Positions 36,881-50,717 of a stretch of 64,000 nt of DNA are shown here, piece by piece; the stretch's first letter is position 1, and every line of letters starts with the position of its first letter. The notes beneath the pieces are model-generated. The model saw nothing but the letters and a program-made list of their open reading frames with translations. It made no database searches and was not told the origin of the DNA. The position numbers and the translations under genes are program-made. This stretch comes from Antedon mediterranea. Its lineage: Eukaryota > Animalia > Echinodermata. The stretch spans positions 6,696,001 through 6,760,000 of the forward strand of contig NC_092673.1 of assembly GCF_964355755.1 (NCBI RefSeq), in the 5' to 3' direction.

Positions 36881-39159
36881 AGTCATCTGTCAGAAAGACT
36901 TTAAGTTCAAGATATAACATTAAATACGAAAAAGAAACATAAAAGTTACATAAACTAATAATATATTTTATAATAATAATAACAATCATTAAATATTAGA
37001 AATTCGTTTTGTTTAATTTAAACGACAGCTTTCCACAATGTATTTGAATACAAAACAAAATATTACACAGTCTATGAAACATGTCAGTATTTTGACCGAT
37101 CGCTGCCGATGGCCACTTCACATTTTACTCTAATTATTTGAGTAAATTGCCTTTAGAAACGCTAGATACACAGTTATTTTTACAAGAGCTAAGATACATA
37201 CTGTCCATACGGAAAATGTGTAAAGCGTTAAATCTGTTACTGTATTTTGTGTTCAAAGTAGTGGGTTCACTATCACTGACTGTATAAAATGTATTCATAT
37301 TAATGTTAAAGGAGTATGGTGTTCACTTGGACAAATATTTAGGTGTTTTAAACGTCGTTAGTACGTGAAAGCATTTGATTCAAACACAAGTAAATGTAGG
37401 CCTACAGTGTGCTCGAAAAACAGTTATTTTAATGATAGTTGTTAATCATAAGGAGTACCGGTAGATACGAAAAAATGAGTTTATTCATTATATACTTTTT
37501 TTATAAACCTTACTATAATTTTAGTTGGTTAGTCCATGGAGAAAAAAGTTATGGTTAGTCACAGAAAAAATGTAAACCTCCCAATTGTTGTTAAAATATT
37601 AAATATACGTTACAGTTGTAATACGGTATTTTGTAAGATACGGTACGGTATACTGTCACTTAAAAACGTCCAAAGCTGGAAACTTCTACTTTAAAATGAG
37701 GAAAGCAATAACTAAAAACGGTATATTTTCCTAATTTAGCTAGGCCAATTATATTACATAGTTATCAAACTGACTGGAATACAAAACATTCAACAGAGGT
37801 TGCAGAGTTCATAGAGTATCAAAAAGCGCATACTAGAGGTCGTCGGGTGGAGCAAACATAGGCGCGCGCGTACATAAGTACATGCATGTTCAACAGAAGG
37901 CTGTATTTGCTCTTCCAGATACAATATTATTTTAATGTAATAAATACAAGAGAACATAATTAGTCAAACTTGGCGTGGAAGTCGCTTAAAGTCAGGGATA
38001 ACATTACAATCAAATGCCAATTTATTTCTAATCTTACTGCTTAATAAAATCTCGTTATCGTTTTTGGTGTCAGAATTTCGGTTATAATTAAATTTGTGAA
38101 TGTTAGTGTTGACTTTACGCCGAGTGTTGTGTATCTGTTGCATGTAATGCGATATCGCTTCAAATATCAAACATTGTAAATAGTTAGACTAGTGGTCGTG
38201 TAAATAGTCAGCACACTTACGCACATGAAATTCAAGCTTTGTGTATTTTAGTATCATTCAAATAATCAAACTTTAAAAATACACGTCATAAAGCTCTGTC
38301 ACTAACTTAATGCGACAAAAAATGGTATATGCCCATAATGGACAGGGTATCTGTGCACTTTTGTTTGATAGTGTAGATCTTTAAGCTCTGTCTATCATTA
38401 GTTTGTAGAGAATGATTCTAGTAGGCCTGTGTTTCTATAAGTACTCGAGTAACATTCAGTACTCTGGTTATGTCTAAATTTTCCAGAACATATTTTTTTC
38501 CATGATTTATTATCTAAAGTAAGTATTATATGTGAATAATAAGTATTTGTACCCAATACATATATTTTCCAACAAAACAATTCGTTATGTTTTATTGTAA
38601 CATTGTAAATGTCTACTGTGACCTTTAAGGTCATAATTGTTTCAAATAGACTTATATCTCTAGGAAGTAATATTTCTCTATTTTATTTTAAATGAACCAT
38701 TAGGCATATGAAATATACTATAGTTTATTTATTGAATGGACAACTATTTCTGTTGTTCCTACCCGATTAGCGCAGCACTTATATTTTAAATGACGTCATC
38801 AAGGTGAAGTGTTGTAACAAGCCTCTCTACTAAAGAGTGGTGCTCTCAACAGTCAAGATGAAAATACGTTGATAGCATAATATTAACCACTGTAAAAGTA
38901 CTATACACAAGATAGTTTGTTACTTGTCAACACTGATTTCAACTCCTACTTTCCAATTTTGTTTTACAAAATTTAAATACACAATTATAAATCATAGGCC
39001 ATGGAAATTACCAACTTTTTCTCGGTCATTCTTCAATGCAGGAGAATATCAAACATATCAGTATACCTAGATATACGGACGAACATTAATTAGGCCCCTA
39101 GCTATATTATATAACCGATATTGCATATTCTAACTGCATTATTAACTTGAATGGTATCA

Positions 39160-39455
39160 AATAAGCAGGGAATATCCGTACTGTATAGGCCCCCATGATG
39201 ACTGCCATAACAGCTTTTAAAGCGGAACTTGTAACATTCGAGTAATGTAGAGTTAGGTCCATCTTATAACAACAGTGTTAACCCAAATCAACAACCAGAG
39301 AGTTGCAGCTTGCCGGGATTAAAAAAGATAAAAATGTCAGGTCTATCGCGACCCGGGCCGTACCCTGCGCAGTAGGTGCGCACAAAATAATGTTCACATG
39401 TAAATGCTAAACAAATATCGCAGACACTAATATAACCTCCTTGGCGAAGGTACCG
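39160..39455 (+). mobile_element. Helentron/HINE-like element
   Basis: Terminal hairpin ACCTCCTTGGCGAAGGT (39435-39451) preceded by TATA, resembling HINE 3' ends; AAATAAGC start is approximate. Confidence 0.45.
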
Positions 39456-40197
39456 GTAACAATTATGCAGTTTCCAGTTGGCGGCCTCATTTACCATAGT
39501 CATACGGTCTAAAATGGTCCAGAATTAGGATACTCGTCCAGACTCCAAAGTGTAATGGGGTCTTCTAAAACAACATTTGTGCTTTCAATTTGGTAAAATA
39601 GATCTGTCTTTTTAACGTGATCCTGCTAGCAGAAACACGCTTCATTCTTCTAATACTCTACCCTTTCCTCATGACCAAACGAATATCGCATACAAAAATA
39701 TATGAGTAATATCATGAGTAAATTTTAACAAAATAAATAATAATAATAATAATAATAAATTTGTCCATCTAAGACAATTTATTCTTATTCAATTATTATT
39801 TATGTATTATTATCATATGTAATGTACTTTGACTGATTTTTGTTCGCTTTTGGATTACAAAGTCATACAGAAAAACATGAATATTATCGTATGAATTATG
39901 AGAATTTAGATGGATTCATAATACGGAGATCATACAGTACGGTACATTATGTAAATTTTAATCTTGTAAGAACGACAGCCATAATCGGCTTATAACTACA
40001 AAGCTGATCCACAAATGTACACGAACGAAAAGAAGGCGACGAACTGGTGGTGGTAAATATGAAAAAAACAATCAGGTCATAAAAATGATTTTAAGAGGTT
40101 GTCGCTTACGAACGGTGGTTGGTTACGAGAGGTTTTAGCTTCCGAGATGTGGTAGTTTAAAAGAGACGGCCACTTTTGAAAGGCTGGTGATTTGTTA

Positions 40198-40548
40198 AGC
40201 TTGGTTCCCGCAACGCAAGTACGTAACGCAACGTAAGTGATTTGACCAATAAAAAACGATGGATTATTAAAAAAATAAAGTGATTGGTCAACTTGCTTGC
40301 GTTGCGTCTACGTCCTTGCATTGCGTCTACGTCCTTGCGTTGCGTCTTTTAAACGTGGTTCCCACTAGCGACGCAACGCAAGGACGTAACGCAACGCAAG
40401 TGAATTGACCAATCACAAGCGATGGCTTATTCGCTTGTGATTGCTAACTGTCTATAACTTCGCTTGTCATTGGTTAAAACGCTTGCGTTGCGTTTACGTC
40501 CTTGCGTTTACGTTCTAGTGGGAACCAAGCTTTAGTGGGAACCAAGGT
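40198..40548. mobile_element. PIF/Harbinger-like MITE (outer, TTA TSD) containing a nested copy
   Basis: TTA|AGCTTGGTTCCC ... GTGGGAACCAAGGT|TTA. Confidence 0.8.
40352..40531 (+). mobile_element. PIF/Harbinger-like MITE, 180 bp, intact-looking nested copy
   Basis: TTA|AACGTGGTTCCCACTAGCGACGCAACG ... CTAGTGGGAACCAAGCT|TTA, inserted in the right TIR of the outer copy. Confidence 0.88.
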
Positions 40549-43500
40549 TTACGTAATGTTTTAGCTTACGAGATGTGGTCGCTTATGAGAACAGGCCATC
40601 TCTCAAAAGGTGATTGCTTTGGAAAAGAAATTGCTAAAAGAGTTGAAACTATTTAGGCCTATAGTATGTTTTTAAGGAGAGATGTTTTAAAATCTTATAA
40701 AGATCTTAAAATCCAACGATTTTTTATTAATTTTCCTACAGTATCATGCCTACAAATAAAAAACAGTGGTGCTGTGTCATAGAAATAGTTTATAATTATT
40801 ATAAAATAAACACATTTATATCAGAACAATGATATACAGTATAACAAGTATTTGTTTCATTGTCCGTGCATTAAATGAGCGAGATTTAACGTCGATGAGA
40901 TAAAGACAAATTAGTATTTTGCATGCAAAAGCTTTGCGGTGAAAGATAAATCATATAATAAGGCCAAAAGATTCTTCATGACTAGTTCATTTGCAAATTT
41001 ATCATGATTGAAATCTTACTTACAGGACAAAGGCAAATCGTGCTGTTGGAGAAGATTCAATGCAATATTATTGTTTTATAAGTTGTTATACTTTAGCTGA
41101 TATCTGCCCAGTTTAGTTAGACGAATGTCATTCACCACTCTGTGACCTCGTCCGTTTTAGGCCTTCAGCAAATAATATTTAACACCACCTCCCTTCCCCC
41201 CCCCCCCCGCCACACACACCCCTTTTTTGTTGGGATTAACATTTCTCCATGGTTAACGTTAACTTCGGATGAATTAGGTGTTTTAGCAGGTATGGTGGTT
41301 TATGAAAGAGAGTCTTCTCAAATTGAATTCAAATTAGTTAGGGCAGTTGTGTGGAATTGGAAAATACAGAAATTAAGCAACATTGTAAATATGGAATAAC
41401 CTACCAACTTAAATTAACTATTCTCAACAATTTCTTCATTTAAATCAAGATATCGATCTCATTTCAAACTAACTAACTAACTAACACCTTTTTTCGGCCA
41501 ATTTGTTTTGTGTTTTTATTTTTATTTATTTTTATTTTTTATTTTTTTTTTAATAATCCTGGATAAATATGTTATTATTAAATAAATATTCTTCTGATAC
41601 TAAAGATACCCCGGATGTGGCACTTTGTGTCAACTTATGTTATTTGCTGGTAATACAATAGACTCGTGACAGCCGCGCAATGCATTTATTACAATGTTCT
41701 GTCATCGTGATCGTCATGATATCGTTTAAGTGACCGTAAAATAAAACAAAATTTAATATAGTATGAGTTTCTCAACACTGATAACAGAGAACATCCCTCC
41801 AAAACAATTTTACTTATTCTGTGTATATTAAACCTATTTATTTGCATTGTTACATTGTAGCCTTATTGATGATTGCATCATTGAAATGCCTATAAAATAA
41901 TACAAATGTTATAGTACCGTTATAAATAATAAACATATATATTAGTCTATATGTATATTGCCAATTGACTAGAAGTATGATAAAGTACAAATTCGACATT
42001 TCGGGTTTACAACAACCCATTCTGGCTAACTGTTGTAAATGCATATGTTATATGCTCTTTATCATTATTACTGTCGTGTTTTCTTGCACAGCGACGTACG
42101 ATATATTAGTATCATTTAGCATCCATAAATATGAGCATATTATACTTTTTGTTAGTTGGTTGCCTCAGTGCAGTTACAATGAGTGATGTTGGCCCATTTG
42201 AAAATAAGCTAAGCTTTAACGATTTATTAGTATTATTTAGTAAAATAGTATCAGTGATTATGGGGGTTGGTGGCTGATATTCGTACATATTGAGTCTATA
42301 CTCATTTGTAGAAAATCAAATTTATCTAATCGATGGCAAAACTATATTTACTAAGTATAGGACTATTTAAACATTTTTGTATTCTTTACTTGTATGCTAA
42401 AAATCGAATGTTAGGTTTCATAGAGACGATTGGTGCAGTTAGGCCTATAGGCCGCCGAAATTTTTTTCTATATTTCTCTTAAGTGTCTAGAGAGCTGAGA
42501 GTACTACTTTCGTAAAACAATCGTTGAAATGAGAAAATAGACATGCGATACAAAAACAACCAATAAAATGACAAAGATAAACAAATTATCAAATTTGGAA
42601 TATAATTATTTTTTTTTGATATAACCTTTACCTTTAAAATATCACTCAGAGGGGAAAAGACGTTTTGAATATACAGTTCTTCATAACAATTATTGTTCTT
42701 ACTTTGTCTATTTTCATAAATTCAATGTCTAAACCCTATCAATATTTTGTAAGTATTAGAAATGGATAACATGCATTTAAATAATACTAATAATATTAGG
42801 AATCGTTGTAATAAACGTAAAAATGACGTAATTATTCATCACTGTCCATCATTAAAAAAAACTGGTGGCTAATTATAAGAATGACAGTAAAACCATCGAG
42901 TAAACATTCTAGAAATAACGCGCGATTTACCGAATTTTGCCCTTACGTAAATTTATATATAGATGAATGGGCCTACAATAAACTAATAAGCAACTATTGC
43001 CTATTATAATTTTGCAACTTTCAAGATAGTGCTATTACGAAATAATATTTTTGTATTAATTCAGTAAAACAGTTAATAGTGTTTGAAAATATTATTTGAA
43101 AAGAACGTTGATGATGATTACAAGATAATACTTAACAATAAAACAATTTAATTATTATTGAACACCTATATACAAATGTCAAATATAAATATTGGAAAGT
43201 TGATGAGTTTTCGATTGCTTATAACTCGTCAAGTTTACGGATCAATTTGTAATTTTCATCGCTAACTCTTAATTGTATCCGACATAAATAACACGTACAT
43301 CGTATTATCACACATAATTATCACCATTTATATTCATGTTTTTGCTCGCCGGGTTATTTCACTATTAACCTAATAGCAGTATGATATAATATGATTTATC
43401 ACTGTGTGTTTTACATATATGCCAATATTATTTATTAATACATTGTGAAAATACTGTGAATGTGTCGAAGATAAAACGGAAGTTTTGAATAGTCAGTCTA

Positions 43501-44351
43501 GACAATTTTTGTGAGGGCTTATTAGTTTAAAATTAAACAACTTATGGAGTTTTGTTTTAAATAGGCTAATGATAAGAGGGGTTTACTTTATTATTTACTT
43601 AATAATACTATATATTTAATTTTAACGGTAAATTTAGGTCTATTTATAATTAGGCCTTAAGCATTTTTTTCTGTACTTATGTATACTTGTGTATTTGTTT
43701 CTTTTCCCAACTAAACAGTAAACAAAGTTCACCGCTTAAAGGAAATACAGACAAAATCACACAAAGTAAACAAAATATTAGGCCTAAACTAGCAACTAAG
43801 AATATTACGGGATATACAACGGGCTTTAAACATACGTGTTTTAAAATAAGGATAATAATGATAATTAATGGTAACAAATATTTTTGATTTGTTTATAATT
43901 TTACTCCATATTTAAAAGCCTTAGGCCTAAAAGGAAATAATATGGGAAGCAGTGAAAGAGGACTATTTAGGCCTACTGAAGTTTATTTTATAAAATAATT
44001 ATACAATTTTATAAATAGTGTATACAATTTTAAATCTTTATTCTAAAATAGGCCTATACGGTTTAAAATTGTTATAGGTCTATCTATCAAAAAAGGTCTG
44101 GTTGAAAGCAATACAACAACAAAATAATTAATTGTAATATCTAATAGTATTAAATCAATTAATCACGTGATTTGCTCTCAAATGATTAAAATCGTCCTAA
44201 TTAAAAAATGCCAAAGGAGGCATAATAACAAAAATATATTAACTGCTCGCTCTACCACAGTATTAAGACATATAATTATCTATAAATTAATCATTAATCT
44301 GAAAATTAACAAATTATTAAATTATAATTCCATTAAAAAAAAATTGTTATA

Positions 44352-44700
44352 TGGCCGAGCGGTTAAGGCAGGGGCGCCGTTTATCGTACCTAAAGAGCCA
44401 ACAACAACATCGGCAAGGGTTCGAGGCCGACTCGCTCCTAGTTCTGGTGGTGGAACAAGTCTTCTCGGATAAGGACTATAAACCGTAGGTCCAGTGTACA
44501 CAGTTATAACCTGTGTGTACTTTAAAGAACCCAGTTCATTATTCGAAAAAAGAGTAGGGGGTTACCCCGGTGAACTGGTTCACACAATAGCCTCTGTATC
44601 AGGGGGATTACCACCTATCTGATAGGACAGTGATTAATTCACTATTGGTAATCCTTGGCCACATTGCCTAAAGACATAAAATAAATAAATAAAATAAAAA
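44352..44700 (+). mobile_element. tRNA-derived SINE with Deu/Nin central domain
   Basis: A box TGGCCGAGCGG (44352), B box GGTTCGAGGCC (44418-44428), central TCGGATAAGGACTATAAACCGTAGGTCC...TAAAGAACCC...AGAGTAGGGGGTTACCCCGGTG resembling the DeuSINE/AmnSINE1 domain, and an (AAAAT)n tail. Confidence 0.85.
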
Positions 44701-47700
44701 TGTATTTATATTTTTCGGCCATGCCATTTCATTATTGACTATATTTTGGAATTGCAACAAAAATTAGAGTTGAATTTAAATAATATAACACAAATACATT
44801 GATTTATTTAAAGAATGTCGGCGATATTATGATTTGTAAACTTAATAATGTCTACGATTATTATTATTATTATTATTTCTAAAGGCACTGAACTTAAGTC
44901 GTTTACATACAGTAAAATCTAGCCACGTTAATCTGTGTTTGACCGAGTGCAGTGTAAACCGAAACAAAACGTATATGAGAGGCGTAATGATGTTAAAATG
45001 TTCCGCTCCGTTGCTCTTTCTCGTGGTAATTAAGTTAACTCGACTAATTGTTAGCGTAAAATCTCTTAAATTGGCCCGTTGGGTAAACGAATATTTGATT
45101 TCTTTACAATCGTATACTTCACTGTGTGACTTTTTGTCAATATCTTTCACATTCGATATTTAAGACATCGTATAATGGGACCTAAGTAAATAGTGATAAT
45201 TTGTATACAGTACATGCTACAACGGTATTTGATTCAATGGCAAAACACCTAAAATATATATTCGACTAATAATATTATAATGATCTACAATCTTGTAAGG
45301 ATTAAGAATGTAAAATGTATAAAAAACAGTTTATTTTTTCGTTGGAGGCTATAATGATATACTAGGCCTATAACTCTAAGGAGACCTTGCACTTAATATA
45401 CAATAATACTATAATAATAATCAATACACAAAATATAGTCGGGACATGTAGGAATGTAACCTAAGTAGTGGTTGGTCGTAATGTTGCAATGCCAGTCGCT
45501 CGTTTCACGTGATAGTGTGTCCCCTTAGAGTCTCAACTTGATTGGGGGTTCCAAAAGGAGGTCTTCTAATGTAGGATATTTCAATTTTTAATTTCATTAA
45601 CATCAGGTGCATCGACAATTTTATTCTGGTGAATGTTCGATATACATCGTAAACTTGATGAGTTTCGTCACATTTAATTTCAAGATGATTAGTATTTTCT
45701 TGGAAATTAATAAATAATTAATATGTTTATAGACTTACTAGTTGAAAGTTATATTTGCAGCTATAGGGTATATAATGAGATATCTGAATTAGGCCTAGTT
45801 AATTTTGAATTATATATCTAGCCGTATTAACCGAGAATATATATATAACCATATGGAAGGATATAACTGACCAGAAGACGACACTCCTAAGTTCATAACT
45901 GTATACGAGAAGAGCTTAAATTAAATAGTATAGGCCACTCTAAAATAGTGCAGTTGAGATGGTATATCGGATAGTGCTGTTTGGTTTATTGAAACAAAAC
46001 GGAAATCTAACTTTTGAAACACATGCATCAATCTCAACATTCAAGATAAGACACACAGAGACAGCAAGCTTGTCGACCAAGCAGTACGTCACGTGATCAA
46101 TCAATCTGTCACGATAAAAATATATCGGTTGATAGTTACTTTTTTTTTGGTCAACAAAACTAACAAGAGTGAAGGAAATCGAACACATGACTAATTTGTA
46201 CAAACCAAATAATTACATACCAATTATATTCGATCGATTAATGATGGTCATTTAGCCAGCTGAGATTAGAAAGAAAGAGAGAGAAAAGGGCGGAGCTAAA
46301 TTTAGTATTAAATATTTTATTACAAAATATTTGGAACCGATTGAGGGTTAGCCCCCGACTCCTGTATTAAAAAACATAAACCATTTGGGAACAATAATTG
46401 TAAGGTTTAATTATGAAGAACAATATATACCATGTACATGGTTCAATTGTGTTTATTGTGTCTCGATGTTTCCTTAAGAGTTGATTGATTGTTTTTAAAC
46501 AGTAATCTAGGCCTTACAAATCTGACAGTTTTGGTACAGAATCTGACACAAAATGGTACAGTAAAATGTGAAAATGCCCACAACTAATCACAAGCACCAT
46601 TGTTAACGCTAGATAATACCGTATGGGAAAATTGTTTTTAACTTTAAATACTAAAGAAGAAAAAAGGAAATTGTATTACATTGTTTAGACTGATTTAACA
46701 TTCGTCATTTTATACAGAGTGTTAACTAGGTATAATCATGTTGTAATATTTTCTACTATTCAGTGTAAGCTAAACATGACTTGAGATTACATCTAGGCCT
46801 ATGTCTTATTAGAACAATACAGTACGAACTGTTTCACAGAAATTGAAATTGTTTTGTTAAAATGTAGGTCTCTGTATAGTCTAATGTTTTGTTTATTGTA
46901 TACACGGACAGTACACGGGCAATTATTAATAATCTGTCTTCTTACAATTGTACCGTTATAGACAGTAATTTATTCTTAATGATGGAGTCGATTCTGCATA
47001 CAAAAGGAATTCTTCCTAGCCACATCATTAAGTCTCTGAACCTATCAGTAAACGGGCAGACTATAGCCTAATTACCAACAGTACTATCTGACGGGGTACA
47101 GGTGGGAACCGTGGATTTCATTAACTTGACTGTATGTTACGAGCACTATTATATCGCTAGGCGGTGAAATTACTCATCGGCCGCCTGCCACATGTTGAAT
47201 TAAGCGTATGAAAATCACGGTAGTTTAGAGCCGTCAATTCGTGAATAAAATAGGCCTAACTGCTCAAATGTATTATATTATCTTAGCACAAACAACGTTT
47301 TGCAGAAAATTTAACGAGAGCTACAGATTCTTGATATCTAAAATAAAAAAAAATTTAAATTATGTTTTAATTTATAAAAAAATTATTATTATACATTATG
47401 CATTTGTTTTATTCTTCCTTACTGATGAGGAACTCCTTGATTATAGGATGTGTGGTTAGGAATACTTAAAAACCCACAAAAAAACAACATAGAAGAGGAA
47501 GAGACCGAACATTAAAAAAACGACAACCGTGAAGCTATAAACGTTCGTTATTGAACTCGAAACGTGAATTAATATTTTTTCATTTCGTTGTTGTCATTTT
47601 TCGAAGTTACAATCTATTTTACTTATGAAGCAAATTGTTATCTTCTTGTGCATTATCCGAGGCGAATGTACGATATATTATAATAGTTCATTGTCAAAAA

Positions 47701-48641
47701 AGTGTTCGCTGTTGGCCTGTCAAATCGCCTCGCTCGTATCTTCTTCATGAGTGATTCATTTTATCTGAGGCTGAATGAACTCTTACGCTTCAGGACTTTT
47801 TAACACTTAAAACGTCCTGGTTTTGTCCTAAATTTGGCTTAATTGATGCCTTAGAAAGCAATGTCGTTTTATGTTGAACGAGACTACACAATGCGCAGCG
47901 CGATGAGCCTCTTACTTCTAGACCACTTCACCCGTGCCTTTTAGAAATTCAAACATATTTGTTCTACCGTCTGCTAGCTGGCTCAGCAAAATGGATTCTA
48001 TCCGCTGTTTGTTAGTGAAAATAAACCATCAAGTACTCTTATATGTTTTTTTCAAACGAAAAATATGAGATTAGCTACTTAAAGCGTCACGTGATATAAG
48101 ACCCAATGAGTGCGAGTGAATTATCAAACGTAATATCACAACAAAACATATCTTCAATTTATTATTATAAACAATTGTTATAGGTCTGGCATTATTTATT
48201 ACTTGATATGTAGGCCCAAATTACATTAATGTAATAAGACCCGTTTAAGCTCATGTCTATGCTCGCTTCTGGCAAATAATGTACCTTTTTAACTTTTAAA
48301 CAGTTTTCGCTAGAAGAAGTATTAGTTTATAAATTACAACGTAGGCCTACACATGTAGAGGTTGCATTCGCATAATAAATAAATTAGATTATTGTCAAAA
48401 CATACATAATATAACTGCTCATTGTTATTCAACGAAACACATTTCTAAAGCATTTCCCTCGTTCGTTGACTGAAAATAGTTTTGCATTTATTTATTAACT
48501 CTTGTTGAGTCGGAGAAATTCATTTATAGAGGGCGGAGAAACGTCTGCACGACGTTATGGTGTTTTCTTCATTTTATAGTAATAGTATTATCAAGTATTC
48601 TGTCACGAAGAAAGCAACATGCCTTTAATTTAGAATTAATA

Positions 48642-48644
<3 letters not shown>

Positions 48645-48690
<46 letters not shown>
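48645..48690. repeat. (TA)n microsatellite
   Basis: Pure TA run. Confidence 0.95.
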
Positions 48691-48693
<3 letters not shown>

Positions 48694-50199
48694 AAATCAG
48701 GCACAGTATACTCAATTCTCTGCTTTCTCATACAGCATTATATTTTATTCATCCCAGGGTGCAATTTGTTTGAAATAGGTTTTTTCCCCACAAACCTATA
48801 ACAAAATAAAACTAGAAAGTTTTATCGTATGGGTTTTTAATTGAGACCAAAATAATGTTATTTTGTTAAAATTAATTTACCCTACCTGTTACATCCTACA
48901 AAGACGATCATGGATAAACCTGTGAATAATGATAAACACTGAAAATTAAGTTTATATTATATGTAGAAATTACTACCACGCACCTCTCCTCCCCACGCCC
49001 ACAAATCGTTTACTTTTCCAACGTTTATTTTTCGTTAGAGGCATGAAAGTAAAATATCAATACAGACGTTAATATAACTATATAAACCAACGTAAAATAA
49101 ACAACGCGTTCTTTATACCCTAATTTGGTCATCGTTTACTCCGTTAATGCGTACTGCTTACGGTACAGTTACTCCACCGGGTACACCTCGGAATGGCTAT
49201 TCGGACGTATATTAATACTATAGGTATCGATTTAGATAGGGCAAGCCAGGGCCTAACTATTGTAACATTAAGTGTGGAACTGATTACTTTGTCCTATCGT
49301 TTCCATTAAAATGTTCAAAAGTTAAGTGGGAGTGGGAGAGGGCGGGGGGAGGAGATAGAGCCCCCCTCCCCCGGATTTGCATATGCCTATTTATCATGCT
49401 CACACAATCTGGACAAAATAGCCCGACGCCATCTCTTTATCCCTCATCGACCGCACAAGTCTTATTCATCACATATTGTATCCTTTGAGTACTACAATGA
49501 TACTAAGTAAACACAACATGTTTGCGTCCAGTCCAGTTGAATTAATAATATTTATCATTAACTTATTACAGTGACAGTGCCGCTGCAAGAACATAGACAT
49601 CAAGAGAATACAACGTTTTATTCTTAAGCTTTAGTTAAAGGACGTCCGGCTATTTTAGTTCACGGGGCCCCAGAAATGTGCTCTATACTAATTAGAATGT
49701 TTTTGATATATATCACGTGCCTAAAACATTGAGACAGTAACGTATTTTTTTGTGGAATCAAACGTAATCTTGTTTTGCTACATTGTCCTAGTTTGTCATT
49801 GTGAACTTCAGGTAATCAATCACTTAAATAACTGTTATGTTAATTAATATTCACTATCATTACGAACTAAATAGTATCCTCTTCGCTTTGTTCGTTTGTG
49901 AACAACTTTCCAAAAACTAACGGCCTTATGAATAGCAGTCTGAAGGTGACATCGATCATGTTTTGTTAGCTTAATTGTCCCCCTAATCGTCTTAGGCGAA
50001 AGCCTATTTTCTAGTCCATAAAGTTGCACTAGGTGCGCCTTTGTTCCCCTTCTTTTTTAAGTTGGGCTTAGAAAGGTGTGGAAAATCTGGAAGCAAACCA
50101 CGACGCGTGCACTAACAAAGCCCGGTGTTAGACCTTTGTTGCCTTCTAGTTGTAAACAGTACAGCACATGCTAAGTACGACTGGCACGAGCCATATAAC

Positions 50200-50570
50200 A
50201 CAGTTTCCTGTATTGATTGGTTGGAATGAAGCCTTCTCTATAGAATCGTGCCGTGTCGACCAATCAGAAGGCGTTTAGCATTGATTGACTGTTTTTGTAC
50301 GCTTGAATGCCCGCTGTGCATGAAGTCGACTATTGCATATTTCGCTGCATAATGAGACAAATCTTTTATCAAGCATTCGATCGTACAGAAATGGTCCATT
50401 CACAAAATCTCAGCGGAAGACAAAACTTAACTGACTACACTCCTCATCAACCATCAACATCTATAATATATCCTCGAGTGCTAGGCCTTAACAGTTACGT
50501 CGGTTAAGGCAGTCGGATTGCATCTAGTCGCCTATTTAAACGTTTGAAACCTTTGAGATACAACGAGAGA
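50200..50570 (+). promoter_or_regulatory. Candidate Lhx3/4 proximal promoter
   Basis: Opposed CCAAT boxes (ATTGG 50216-50220, CCAAT 50260-50264), TATA-like TATTTAAA 50533-50540 about 100 bp before the ATG, and locally raised CpG content. Confidence 0.5.
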
Positions 50571-50635
50571 ACAAAGAGAGCTAAGCACGGTTTTCTCCTT
50601 GTCTTTCGAGAGGCGTATGCATAATAAGACGGAAG

Positions 50636-50717
50636 ATGCGGCAGGAGACGCCATCATCTATGCTTAGTAGCGAGGTTCTAGATGCTAGCGATGCAAGTAC
50701 CTATGTTGTTAATATCG
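50636..50717 (+). CDS. Lhx3: Lhx3/4 coding exon 1 ([27 protein letters not shown])
   Basis: ATG at 50636 (AAG ATG C), open to donor G|GTAAGA at 50717/50718. The phase-1 end matches the exon 2 start (G+AA=Glu). CCAAT and TATA-like motifs lie just upstream. No homology support for this N-terminus. Confidence 0.7.

Noticed and set aside
44352-44435. tRNA gene
   Set aside because: A and B boxes are present but there is no cloverleaf; it continues into a SINE body and tail
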